Source of the DNA: Rikenellaceae bacterium
GTDB lineage: Bacteria; Bacteroidota; Bacteroidia; Bacteroidales; Rikenellaceae
Direction of reading: 5' to 3'
Assembly (NCBI GenBank): GCA_047174045.1
Contig: JBCQUJ010000003.1
Coordinates: 38,005-102,004 of the forward strand
DNA length: 64,000 nt
Positions within the stretch are counted from its first letter, which is position 1, and each line of letters opens with the position of its first letter. A program made the translations under genes and the position numbers. Under the pieces are notes generated by a model, which worked only from the letters and a program-made list of their open reading frames with translations, ran no database searches and was not told the origin of the DNA. Positions 1-9,592 of this stretch are shown here, one piece after another.

Positions 1-332
1 GAAACACCTAACTTCGTTCCACCAAAGTAGCGAACCACAACCACCAGGCAATTTGTTACCTGTCGCGACAACATCTGCCCAAGTATCGGTTTTCCTGCGG
101 TGCTAGATGGCTCTCCATCATCATTTGCTCTGAATTTCTCGCCCTTTGCACCAATTCTCCAAGCGTAGCAATGGTGTGTCGCATCGTAATACTTCTTGCA
201 CAAAACGTCAAGAAGTGGCGCCACCTCCTCCTCACTGCTGATAGGGTATGCGTAACTCAAGAATTTGCTACTCTTAAGCTTATAGATAACCTCTACCGCA
301 TCAGTGATTGTCAGAAAACTATCCTCTACCAT
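1..332 (-). CDS. yigZ: YigZ/IMPACT family protein (runs off window edge)
   Basis: Manual minus-strand translation MVEDSFLTI...KSSKF...DATHHCYAWRIG...DDGEPSSTAGKPILGQ...VVVRYFGGTKLGV contains the YigZ motifs; not in the ORF track. Confidence 0.9.
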   Translation of the reverse strand, partial: MVEDSFLTITDAVEVIYKLKSSKFLSYAYPISSEEEVAPLLDVLCKKYYDATHHCYAWRIGAKGEKFRANDDGEPSSTAGKPILGQMLSRQVTNCLVVVVRYFGGTKLGV

Positions 333-355
333 TACTCTAATGAAGATGCTTACCC

Positions 356-1711
356 CTACTCTATAGATTTAAAAACTCTGTTCCAGCGAATGCTGCTCAG
401 CAAAGATTTAGCGCTGTCGACTGACAACCATACGAACGAAGCCTTTCCAACGATATGATCCTCTGGCACGAAGCCCCAGAATCGCGAATCAGCTGAGTTA
501 TGGCGATTATCACCCATCAACCAGTAGTAATTCATCTTGAATGTATACTCCGCAGCCAACTCTCCATTTATGTAGATTTCATCACCATCTACACGCAAAT
601 CATTCTCCTCATAGATATCGATTATACGCTCATATAGTGGCAAATTGCGCGTCGTCAACTCAATCGTAGCACCCTTCTTCGGCACCCACACAGGACCCAT
701 ATTATCGGCATTCCAACGATATCTTCTATCGTGCGGAAATATATCCTCGTTATAACTATCTGCAATATATTGCTCCACTCTTACAACGTTTGGCAACTGC
801 TCAACCTGCAATTTAAGCTCCTCAGTCAATGGCATCTGATAGAAATTCGAGCTTCCACTCCACTCCGTAACCCCCATATCACTCAACGCCTGAGCGCTAA
901 TAGGCGAATTTGTCCTTATGAAGTATACATATTGCTTCTTCTCTGGCGAGTTCTCCTCACTACCATTTATGTATAGCTTCGAATTGACAAGCTTAATAGT
1001 ATCTCCTGGAATAGCTACAAGCCTCTTAATATAGTTCTCTCGCTTATCGACAGGCCTTGCCACTACCGTATAATCTTCGTGCAGACGTCTGCGCCCTGCC
1101 TCAGCACCAAATCTCGCTTGATAGCTCCTCAACACATCGTAATATGTCACCGATTGATTCTCAAGCAGCACAGTATCTCCCGCCGGAAAATTAAACACAA
1201 CAACATCTTCGCGCTCAATCTCTTGTCGCCCAGCCAATCGCTTGTATGGCCACTTCACAACCTCCGAAAATGATTTTTTCGTAGCTGACATCGGCATAGT
1301 ATGATGCACGAATGGGAATGCTACGGGAGTATTCGGCATCTTAGGGCCGTATGCCGCCTTACTAACGTATATGTAATCTCCAACGAGCAAACTCTTCTCC
1401 ATCGATGACGTTGGAATCACATACAACTGAAAAAGGTATGTATGGATAACCGTTGCAACAACCGTTGCAAATATCAAGGCGTTGACCCACTCCGCAACGC
1501 TTCTGTAGATCTCATTGCGCTCAGCATATCGCTCGCTAGGCTCGAATATATACTTCGCCATATATCCAGAGATATACAAATCATATATAAACGGCAAACC
1601 CAGCAGCGCCCACCACGACTGCGTCCACATCCCAAACCAAAGTAAGAATAGTGTTGATGCAGTGGCAAACCCAACCCAACGATTAGCAAAAAACGCCTTT
1701 AATTTCTCCAT
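356..1711 (-). CDS. lepB: Signal peptidase I
   Basis: IPTSSMEKSL (catalytic Ser), YIKRLVAIPGD (Lys), MGDNRHNSADSRFWG; long Bacteroidetes type. Confidence 0.95.
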   Translation of the reverse strand: MEKLKAFFANRWVGFATASTLFLLWFGMWTQSWWALLGLPFIYDLYISGYMAKYIFEPSERYAERNEIYRSVAEWVNALIFATVVATVIHTYLFQLYVIPTSSMEKSLLVGDYIYVSKAAYGPKMPNTPVAFPFVHHTMPMSATKKSFSEVVKWPYKRLAGRQEIEREDVVVFNFPAGDTVLLENQSVTYYDVLRSYQARFGAEAGRRRLHEDYTVVARPVDKRENYIKRLVAIPGDTIKLVNSKLYINGSEENSPEKKQYVYFIRTNSPISAQALSDMGVTEWSGSSNFYQMPLTEELKLQVEQLPNVVRVEQYIADSYNEDIFPHDRRYRWNADNMGPVWVPKKGATIELTTRNLPLYERIIDIYEENDLRVDGDEIYINGELAAEYTFKMNYYWLMGDNRHNSADSRFWGFVPEDHIVGKASFVWLSVDSAKSLLSSIRWNRVFKSIE

Positions 1712-1732
1712 ACCTAATTAAACTTCAGCGGC

Positions 1733-2446
1733 TTATTGCAACATATCATCCATCGAGTATACACCCTTCTTGCCGCAAAGGAACTCTGCTGCAATGACCG
1801 CTCCATAAGCTAGTGTACTGCGATTTTTAATCGTATGCTTCAACTCCAGAACATCATCTGGCGACTCATATTTCACTGTATGTGTTCCTGGAACCTCTCC
1901 CTCACGAACCGACTTAATCTCTACCTCTCCGCTCTTTGGCGTTGTATCGTTAACCCAGCTATCAACAGTCGAAAGCTCATCCATTAGCCCCTCTGCAATT
2001 GTAATCGCCGTACCACTTGGCGCATCCAACTTATGAATATGGTGTATCTCCTCAATCTCAACATTGTAACCCTCAACCCTATTCATTAGAGCTGCAAGTT
2101 GCTTATTGATCTTAAACATTAGGTTTACACCAAGGCTATAGTTCGAAGCGTAGAATAAAGCACTCCCCTTCTCCGCACAAAGAGCCTTCAACTCCTCAAA
2201 CTTATCCAACCAACCCGTAGTACCGCTTACTACTGCAGCACCCGCCTCGATACAAGTTTTCAGATTCGTGTAAGCCGTATGCGGCATCGTAAATTCAATC
2301 GCGACATCTACACCAGCTAGATTCGCCGCATTTAGATCTGCCACGTTATCCTTATCTATAATCAAAGGAATCGAGTGTCCGCGCTCAATCAGAATCTTCT
2401 CTATTTCGCGCCCCATCTTTCCGTAGCCAATAATTGCAACCTTCAT
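1733..2446 (-). CDS. dapB: 4-hydroxy-tetrahydrodipicolinate reductase
   Basis: MKVAIIGYGKMG, GTTG, EIHHIHKLDAPSGTA; start placed at ATG 2446. Confidence 0.95.
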   Translation of the reverse strand: MKVAIIGYGKMGREIEKILIERGHSIPLIIDKDNVADLNAANLAGVDVAIEFTMPHTAYTNLKTCIEAGAAVVSGTTGWLDKFEELKALCAEKGSALFYASNYSLGVNLMFKINKQLAALMNRVEGYNVEIEEIHHIHKLDAPSGTAITIAEGLMDELSTVDSWVNDTTPKSGEVEIKSVREGEVPGTHTVKYESPDDVLELKHTIKNRSTLAYGAVIAAEFLCGKKGVYSMDDMLQ

Positions 2447-2561
2447 AATATTCTCTTTTTGATTTGTTCTTATTTCGTTTTTCTCGTTTGTCGATTTTGG
2501 CAAAGATACAAATTTACCTCTACATTACCCTCTCTTTTTCATTTTTTATTACCTTTGCAAC

Positions 2562-3302
2562 GTGAGATATTTCATCGAGTTAAGCTATAACGGCACAGCC
2601 TATTGCGGTTGGCAACGACAACCCAACGCATCGACGATCCAGGAGGTCATCGAGAAGATGCTCTCTATGCTCTTGCGTAGCGAAACAGAGGTCGTCGGAG
2701 CGGGTCGCACAGATACGGGTGTTCACGCCTCATTCTACGTTGCACACTTCGATTTCGTATCTAAAGATGGAGCTGATTTAGATTGCGATTGGCTTACGTA
2801 TAAACTCAACGTTACACTGCCTCACGACATCGCTATCAAGCGAATTTTCAAGGTCGCAGATGATGCGCACGCTCGCTTCGATGCTATTGAGCGTGAATAC
2901 ACCTATATCATTGAGCAGCAGAAGAATCCGTTTTCGCGACACACATCGTGGCAACTATCTACAAAGCTCGATGTTGAGGCTATGAATCGCGCCGCAGCAT
3001 ACCTTCTGCAGCATGATGATTTCACCTCATTTGCGAAGCTTGGAGGTGGCAATAAAACAAATATCTGTGATGTTCGCGAAGCGATATGGAGAGTTGAGGG
3101 GGATGGGAAACTTATCTTCACAATCAAGGCTGATCGCTTCCTCCGCAATATGATTCGCGCCATTGTCGGCACATTGGTCGATGTAGGTCGCGGCAAATAC
3201 TCGGCAGAGCAATTCAATGATATAATCGCTAAGCGCGACCTTTCGCTCGCCTCTGGTAGCGCTCCAGCTCAAGGGCTCTTCCTGAGCAACGTCAAGTATT
3301 AG
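2562..3302 (+). CDS. truA: tRNA pseudouridine(38-40) synthase
   Basis: GWQRQ, GAGRTDTGVHA, FLRNMIRAIVG; GTG start. Confidence 0.95.
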   Translation: MRYFIELSYNGTAYCGWQRQPNASTIQEVIEKMLSMLLRSETEVVGAGRTDTGVHASFYVAHFDFVSKDGADLDCDWLTYKLNVTLPHDIAIKRIFKVADDAHARFDAIEREYTYIIEQQKNPFSRHTSWQLSTKLDVEAMNRAAAYLLQHDDFTSFAKLGGGNKTNICDVREAIWRVEGDGKLIFTIKADRFLRNMIRAIVGTLVDVGRGKYSAEQFNDIIAKRDLSLASGSAPAQGLFLSNVKY

Positions 3303-3469
3303 CAACCGCAACCATTGCAGCCGTTACAACCGCCGCAATCATCGCCATTTGACCTCCCTGAATCATCCGATTTTCTGGAGTTATCCGCACCGCATAACAA
3401 ACGAACTACTCGCCAAATCGAATAGCACGCTGCAAATCCAACTATAATATAGACTACAATATCCTGCAT
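3299..3469 (-). CDS. FeoB-associated Cys-rich small membrane protein (56 aa)
   Basis: Manual translation MQDIVVYIIVGFAACYSIWRVVRLLCGADNSRKSDDSGRSNGDDCGGCNGCNGCGC*: N-terminal TM helix plus Cys-rich tail, directly downstream of feoB; below the ORF-track cutoff. Confidence 0.85.
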   Translation of the reverse strand: MQDIVVYIIVGFAACYSIWRVVRLLCGADNSRKSDDSGRSNGDDCGGCNGCNGCGC

Positions 3470-3481
3470 CGCGAGAACTCT

Positions 3482-5890
3482 TTACCCTCCAACAAAGAAC
3501 GATGCAACGTTATACGCCACGAAGCTAACAATCCAAGCCAAAGCGGTTGTATAAACCACCGTGAATAGCGCCCAAAGCCATGATCCTGTTTCGCTTCGCA
3601 CAGCAGATATAACTGCGAAACAAGGGAAATATATCAAGACAAACAACAAGAATGATATTGCTACTGGCAACGAGAAGACAAGCTCTCCAGCCTTCGCACC
3701 ACTATCGTACCTATCGTTACGCAGATAACCAATCAACCTGCTATTATCATCATCTTCAGCTTCAGCCTCAATATCCGCATCTACTTCTGACTCAGCATTA
3801 TAATCATTAAGCGAACTGTGAAGTACACTCATCGTGCTAACAACAATCTCCTTCGCCACAACGCCCGAAATTAGCGAAACACCAACTTTCCAATCAAACC
3901 CCAAAGGTTCAATCGCAGGCTCAATAGTGTGTCCAACGCGCTCCAAATAGCTATCCTCTTTTGTCGGATAATACCCCATTGCCCATATCAAGACCGAACC
4001 GAGCAAGATTATACCACCCATTTTTCGCAAATATTGCGAAGCTTTGTTCCACATATGCTTTATCGTATTGTGCACAAGTGGCAAACGATATGGTGGCAAC
4101 TCCATTACAAAAGGGTGATCCACACTGCTGAACAGCACTCTTTTTAGAACCAGTGAAGTTATAACCGCCACCACTATTCCAAAAAGATATAATCCAAATA
4201 GAACCAAACTCTCGTACCCTACGAAGAAGGCACCTGCAATAAGTATATATACCGGCAGTCGTGCGCTGCAAGAGATAAACGGAATAATCAGAATCGTCAA
4301 CAATCTATTATTCCTATCTTCAATTATCCTCGTAGCGATTATCGCTGGCACATTGCATCCAAACCCCATAATCATCGGAACGAATGATTTTCCATGCAGA
4401 CCAATTCTATGCATCAAGCGATCCATAATAAAGGCTGCACGCGCCATATACCCCGAATCCTCAAGTATCGATATAAACAGAAACAGCAACAAGATATTAG
4501 GCAGAAATACGATAACACCGCCAACACCGCCAATCACACCATCCACAACCATATCCTTCAGCGCTCCATCTGCCATCACCGAATCCACAAACTCACCCAA
4601 CAGCTCTACCCCCTTCTCTATCCACTCTTGCGGGTATACGCCAAGCGTAAATGTCGCATAAAACATCAACCAAACAATCGCCAAGAAGATCGGAAATCCC
4701 CACACCTTGTGCGTTGCGAAGTTATCGATCATCTGCGACTGTGCGAAGCGTTGCTTACCTACTGTCAACGTCTCCTTCAGCGCTCCAGCAATGTAACCAT
4801 ATCGCGAATCGGCCAACACCTGCTGAATCTTATCGCCATACTCCAACTCTATCTCGCTGCGAATCTGCGCCACAAGCTCCAATGTAGAGTCATCTACACT
4901 TTGCATAATATCACTATCACCACCCAACAGATCAATCGCCACATATCTCCTCGGCAACCCAACAAACACATCGCTCGTTGAGCCAAGATGCTCCACAATG
5001 CGGCGTAACCTATCCTCAATGAAGAGTCCAAAGTTACTCTCTACGTGACTATGCGGCAATTCGCTATCATACTTCTCTACTATGATGTCGAATATCTCAT
5101 CTACACCTTCGCCACGGCGCGCTACCGTTGGCACGAATGGAATGTCGAGCATCTTGCTCATCTGCTGGTGGTCGAACTTATCCCCCAGCAACTCCAACTC
5201 ATCATACATATTCAACGACACAACGATGTGTTGCGCCATATCCATAAGCTGCGTTGTCAAATATAGGTTACGCTCCAGCAGTGTCGCATCAACTACATTT
5301 ATCACGAAGTCATACTTCGCCGCCATTAGCTCTTGGCGCACAATTCTCTCCTCCGGCGAATATGTCGTGAGCGAATATGTACCTGGCAGATCTGTCAGGT
5401 TTATCGAATATCCACGGTGATTTATCGTTGCCACCTTCGCATCTACCGTAACACCTGAGTAGTTACCAACATGCTCATTCAGGTTTGATATTCTATTAAA
5501 GAATGTCGTCTTGCCGCAATTTGGATTACCTATCAGCGCAACATTTATCGAGCGGTTTCCTCTAACCTCAAGAGATCTCTGACCAAAATCGCTACTACTC
5601 TGCAAGCTGAATCCAATATCATCACACAGGGTTCTATATGCTTCAGGGTTTGCCAGCAGGTCGCTCTCCAAAACTACCTCTACCTCTTGTGCCTCTCTAC
5701 GGCGCAGCGAGATACTGTACCCCATAAGCTCATACTCGATAGGGTCGTTCAGGGGCGCATTCTTGATCACTTTGACCCTGCGTCCCTTCACAAAACCCAT
5801 CTCCGTGAGGCGTTTTGAGTACTCTCCTGAGCTATGTATCTTGACTATGACGGCTATGTCGCCATCAACCATATCAGATAACCACTTCAT
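3482..5890 (-). CDS. feoB: Ferrous iron transporter, FeoA-FeoB fusion
   Basis: N-terminal FeoA (RLTEMGFVKG...APLNDPIEY), GNPNCGKT, DLPGTYSL, GFGCNVPA gate, multiple TM helices. Confidence 0.95.
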   Translation of the reverse strand: MKWLSDMVDGDIAVIVKIHSSGEYSKRLTEMGFVKGRRVKVIKNAPLNDPIEYELMGYSISLRRREAQEVEVVLESDLLANPEAYRTLCDDIGFSLQSSSDFGQRSLEVRGNRSINVALIGNPNCGKTTFFNRISNLNEHVGNYSGVTVDAKVATINHRGYSINLTDLPGTYSLTTYSPEERIVRQELMAAKYDFVINVVDATLLERNLYLTTQLMDMAQHIVVSLNMYDELELLGDKFDHQQMSKMLDIPFVPTVARRGEGVDEIFDIIVEKYDSELPHSHVESNFGLFIEDRLRRIVEHLGSTSDVFVGLPRRYVAIDLLGGDSDIMQSVDDSTLELVAQIRSEIELEYGDKIQQVLADSRYGYIAGALKETLTVGKQRFAQSQMIDNFATHKVWGFPIFLAIVWLMFYATFTLGVYPQEWIEKGVELLGEFVDSVMADGALKDMVVDGVIGGVGGVIVFLPNILLLFLFISILEDSGYMARAAFIMDRLMHRIGLHGKSFVPMIMGFGCNVPAIIATRIIEDRNNRLLTILIIPFISCSARLPVYILIAGAFFVGYESLVLFGLYLFGIVVAVITSLVLKRVLFSSVDHPFVMELPPYRLPLVHNTIKHMWNKASQYLRKMGGIILLGSVLIWAMGYYPTKEDSYLERVGHTIEPAIEPLGFDWKVGVSLISGVVAKEIVVSTMSVLHSSLNDYNAESEVDADIEAEAEDDDNSRLIGYLRNDRYDSGAKAGELVFSLPVAISFLLFVLIYFPCFAVISAVRSETGSWLWALFTVVYTTALAWIVSFVAYNVASFFVGG

Positions 5891-5916
5891 CTACAAACCC
5901 TTCCCTCTCTTAATCT

Positions 5917-6453
5917 CTACTCCTTTATCCAGCAATTTACGATCTCGCCGATGAACACCTTGTGCAGGTTTCCGTGCGCCTCGTCATACCACTTATCATA
6001 TATCTCCTTATCTACGAATGAGTCCTGGCTCATCATCTGCCCAAACACTTTTCGACACTCCAACACTATACGCGCCTCCTCAAATGTCGGATTCCCGTCG
6101 GCAGTGAATCGCGGCGTAAGTCCAGCTTTTGCGACCTTATCCATATCACGCCCTGAGTTGCGCCCACAAATTGTCAGCGCTTGCTTCGTATCGCCATCCT
6201 TCACCTTCGCCGGATCCAATATGGTCAGCGTAAAGTGACTCTCATTCTCAATAAATTCGTATGTATAACGCTCTGGGCGCACCACTATTGTCGCCACATT
6301 CATATTGAACATAAACCCAATAGTACCCCAACTCACCGTCATAGTGTTGAATTTGCTCTCGTTTCCGGCGCTAACCAACATCCACTCCTTACCAATTATA
6401 TCTATAACGCTCTGCGGCAACTCATTTGGCGCTATCTTTTTCATATTCTCCAT
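5917..6453 (-). CDS. Flavin reductase-like (flavoredoxin) protein
   Basis: WMLVSAG...NTMTVSWG...VRPERYT...GRDMDK...H..FIGEI. Confidence 0.85.
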   Translation of the reverse strand: MENMKKIAPNELPQSVIDIIGKEWMLVSAGNESKFNTMTVSWGTIGFMFNMNVATIVVRPERYTYEFIENESHFTLTILDPAKVKDGDTKQALTICGRNSGRDMDKVAKAGLTPRFTADGNPTFEEARIVLECRKVFGQMMSQDSFVDKEIYDKWYDEAHGNLHKVFIGEIVNCWIKE

Positions 6454-6518
6454 GACCAATCATAAAACTCTCTGCAAAGGTAGACATTTGCGACCTTATG
6501 CTATATACCTATAAATAA

Positions 6519-8156
6519 CTATTTTTTACGCTCTATCTCTCTCAGGTTATCAATCTTCTTCGATGCCAGGAAGTCATACACACCTCCCAAATGCTCCTTC
6601 ACGCGCCCTTTCGAGAACTCATATAGCTTTGTCACAAGTCCATCGAGGAAATCACGGTCGTGCGACACAACGATCATAGTTCCGTCAAAATCCTTCAACG
6701 CCTGTTTCAAAACCTCCTTCGTCTTTATATCGAGGTGGTTCGTTGGCTCATCGAGTATCAGCAGATTTACTGGCTCCAGAAGAAGCTTTATCATCGCTAG
6801 TCGCGTCCTCTCTCCACCCGATAGCATCCTTACTTGTTTATCAATATCATCGCGCCCAAACATAAACGCACCGAGAATATCCCTCAACTTCGTTCTAATA
6901 TCCCCTACTGCCACATCATCTACCACACCAAACACCGTGTTGTTTCCGTCAAGCAGCGATGCTTGGTTCTGCGCAAAATACCCGATCTTCAGGTTGTGAC
7001 CAAGTTGCATCGTTCCCTCGAAATCTATCTCACTCATTATTGCCTTTACCATGGTCGACTTTCCCTCACCGTTTTTACCTACGAATGCCACTTTATCGCC
7101 GCGTTCAATCGATATTGATGCTTCGCTAAATACTTTATGATCGCCATAGCTCTTCGCCAAATCTTGCGTTATAACTGGGTATGAACCCGAACGTGGCGAT
7201 GGCGGAAACTTTAGGTTTAGCGCACTTGTATCCATCTCATCAACCTCCACTATCTCCAGTTTTTCGAGCATTCTGACGCGCGACTGCACTTGATTGGTCT
7301 TCGAATATGTCCCCTTGAACCTATCGATAAACTCCTTGTTCTCGGCAATCATCTTTTGCTGATTGTCATAAGCTGCTTGTTGCTGTTGGCGTCTTTCTGC
7401 GCGCAGCTGCAGATATTGCGAATAACTCACCTTGTAGTCATATATTCGCCCCATCGTTATCTCTATGGTTCTGGTTGTGATGTTATCTACGAATGCCTTG
7501 TCGTGCGAAATCACCATCACTGAGTTTGCGTTGTTGATTATGAAATCCTCCAACCACTCTATCGACTCAATGTCGAGGTGGTTTGTCGGCTCATCGAGCA
7601 GCAGCAGCGTTGGCTTTTGCAGAATTATCTTCGCAAGCTCGATGCGCATACGCCACCCACCGCTAAACTCATCTGTCTGGCGATCAAAATCGCTTCTTAG
7701 AAATCCAAGACCTAGCAGCGCACGCTCCACATCCTCTTCGTAGTTTGTCAGATCTATGTCGTAGAACTTCTCCGATAGTGTCGTGACATCCTCTATTAGC
7801 TTCATATAGTCATCACTCTCGTAGTCTGTTCGTGTCTCTAGCTCCTTGTTTAGTCGCTCGATCTCTTTTTCGGCGTTCAGCAGGTGTTCAAATGCGCGCG
7901 ATGTCTCCTCGAATACGGTTCTTCCGCTCTCGACCATAAGGTGCTGAGGGAGATATCCGATTTTCCCTCCATCGTTTATTGTCACTCTACCTCGCGTTGG
8001 GATCTTCTCTCCTGCTATTATCTTTAGGAGTGTCGATTTTCCGGCGCCGTTTTTACCCATTAGGGCTATACGATCCTTATCTCCTACAACGAACGATATA
8101 TCTTTGAATAGCGTTGTCCCGCCAAATTCTACGGCAAGTGCATCGATTGAAACCAT
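6519..8156 (-). CDS. ABC-F family ATPase
   Basis: Two ABC domains (GKNGAGKST, FSGGW, LLDEPTNHLD; GKNGEGKST, LSGGE), no TM segments. Confidence 0.92.
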   Translation of the reverse strand: MVSIDALAVEFGGTTLFKDISFVVGDKDRIALMGKNGAGKSTLLKIIAGEKIPTRGRVTINDGGKIGYLPQHLMVESGRTVFEETSRAFEHLLNAEKEIERLNKELETRTDYESDDYMKLIEDVTTLSEKFYDIDLTNYEEDVERALLGLGFLRSDFDRQTDEFSGGWRMRIELAKIILQKPTLLLLDEPTNHLDIESIEWLEDFIINNANSVMVISHDKAFVDNITTRTIEITMGRIYDYKVSYSQYLQLRAERRQQQQAAYDNQQKMIAENKEFIDRFKGTYSKTNQVQSRVRMLEKLEIVEVDEMDTSALNLKFPPSPRSGSYPVITQDLAKSYGDHKVFSEASISIERGDKVAFVGKNGEGKSTMVKAIMSEIDFEGTMQLGHNLKIGYFAQNQASLLDGNNTVFGVVDDVAVGDIRTKLRDILGAFMFGRDDIDKQVRMLSGGERTRLAMIKLLLEPVNLLILDEPTNHLDIKTKEVLKQALKDFDGTMIVVSHDRDFLDGLVTKLYEFSKGRVKEHLGGVYDFLASKKIDNLREIERKK

Positions 8157-8288
8157 ATTACTCTTTTGCTCTATATTATTGTTATATGAGTGCAAAGGTA
8201 ACATTTTTTACGCATCAAATTTGCATTTAACCAATTTTGTCTCTATATTTGCACCACGGTCAGGGTTTTAGGCTTTGATAACCGTAAC

Positions 8289-8378
<90 letters not shown>

Positions 8379-8379
8379 C

Positions 8380-8412
8380 GAGGCGCAAGCATAAACTTGC
8401 GCCTCTTTTTTT
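8380..8412 (+). terminator. Rho-independent terminator after tRNA-Ser
   Basis: GAGGCGCAAG-cataaa-CTTGCGCCTC followed by T7. Confidence 0.9.
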
Positions 8413-8413
8413 C

Positions 8414-9586
8414 TCATACTAGCAAACTGCTTGGTGAGGCACTCCAGTAGTAACCGGTCGTACCAACATTGGTCATGGCACCAGTGTTGTAGACCCTGAG
8501 ACCGTTAGCCGGGTACTTTGCGTTCGTGAAGAACGTAGCGACAGAACTCGTTAGATTGGCCGTGAGACCGTACCATGGAGTACCAGCAGAGCTGTCAGCT
8601 GTAATAGTTGGCAACTTCCAACCCGCTGGAGAAGGATCAAAGATAGATTTCTTACCTGACGCCAAAGCTGCCTGAATATCATTCCATAAGTATGTAGTCG
8701 CTTGTGCCTCTGAACACCAGTTGTTTCCATAGGCACTTGATGTTCTATAATAGAATGCCATAGGATTATTAACAGCCATCGCAGTAGTGTTACCACCAGA
8801 TGCGTATGCAGTTTTATATGGACTATCTGTAATATCCCAAGTAGAAGAACCAGTACCTAACCATGCCGCTGAAGTTGTACCTGATGCTGTGCCATCTGTA
8901 CTTGAACCTGCAGGGAACGGATCCTTGCGACCAAACTGATAATACAAAGAACCCTTACCGCCGTTGCTACTCCATGCATAATCGGTATCGCGAGCGCCAA
9001 TGTTACGGTCCATGATGAACTTACCAACAAGAACGCCTGATGTCCACATTGTACTTGAATAACGGTGCAACTCTCCCTCAACACCTGTAGCGGTATACTT
9101 AGAATTAGTTGCTGTAGTAACAGTGCTGTTAGCAGCAGCAATAGCATCAGGATTATAATCCGTGATCCAAATGTGCCATGTCCAAAGAATAGTGCCTGAA
9201 CTATTACGAACAGCAACAACAGCATTACCGCGCAAGTCCCCTAGACTAGATGCAGTGAATTTCACGCCATTATAGCCAGCACGCTTAACGCTTATCTTAT
9301 TACCTACATTCTCCTCAATGTCATTCCATAAGATATCACAAGTCCAAGAACTGCCAGAAATCATATTGCTAGAATCATCACCATAACCCTCGTAGCTATT
9401 GCCCCAATACTCATTGATACGTTCAACAATATCAAAAGTAATTGCTCCGCTACCCATTGCATCCGGATTAAGGATATAACAGTTGCTAATGCGCTCATCA
9501 GTTATTCCTGCAGTATAATCAACAACAAAACGAGCATCGCCACCAAACGAATAACCAGACTCGTCATTGCTGCCGCCTGTTGACAT
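8414..9586 (-). pseudogene. Fragment of a Bacteroidetes fimbrial-tip/DUF4906-like protein with a C-type-lectin-like C-terminus (DGR-target type), apparently truncated at both ends
   Basis: Motifs SNCYIL.P, GNAVVAV..ILWTWHIW, MDRNIGA, YQFGRKDPF, DPSPAGWKLPT, YPA.G.R..G...GYYWSASP; no signal peptide; lacks the usual terminal 'R..G..VRC' segment. Confidence 0.7.
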
Positions 9587-9592
9587 ACTGAA

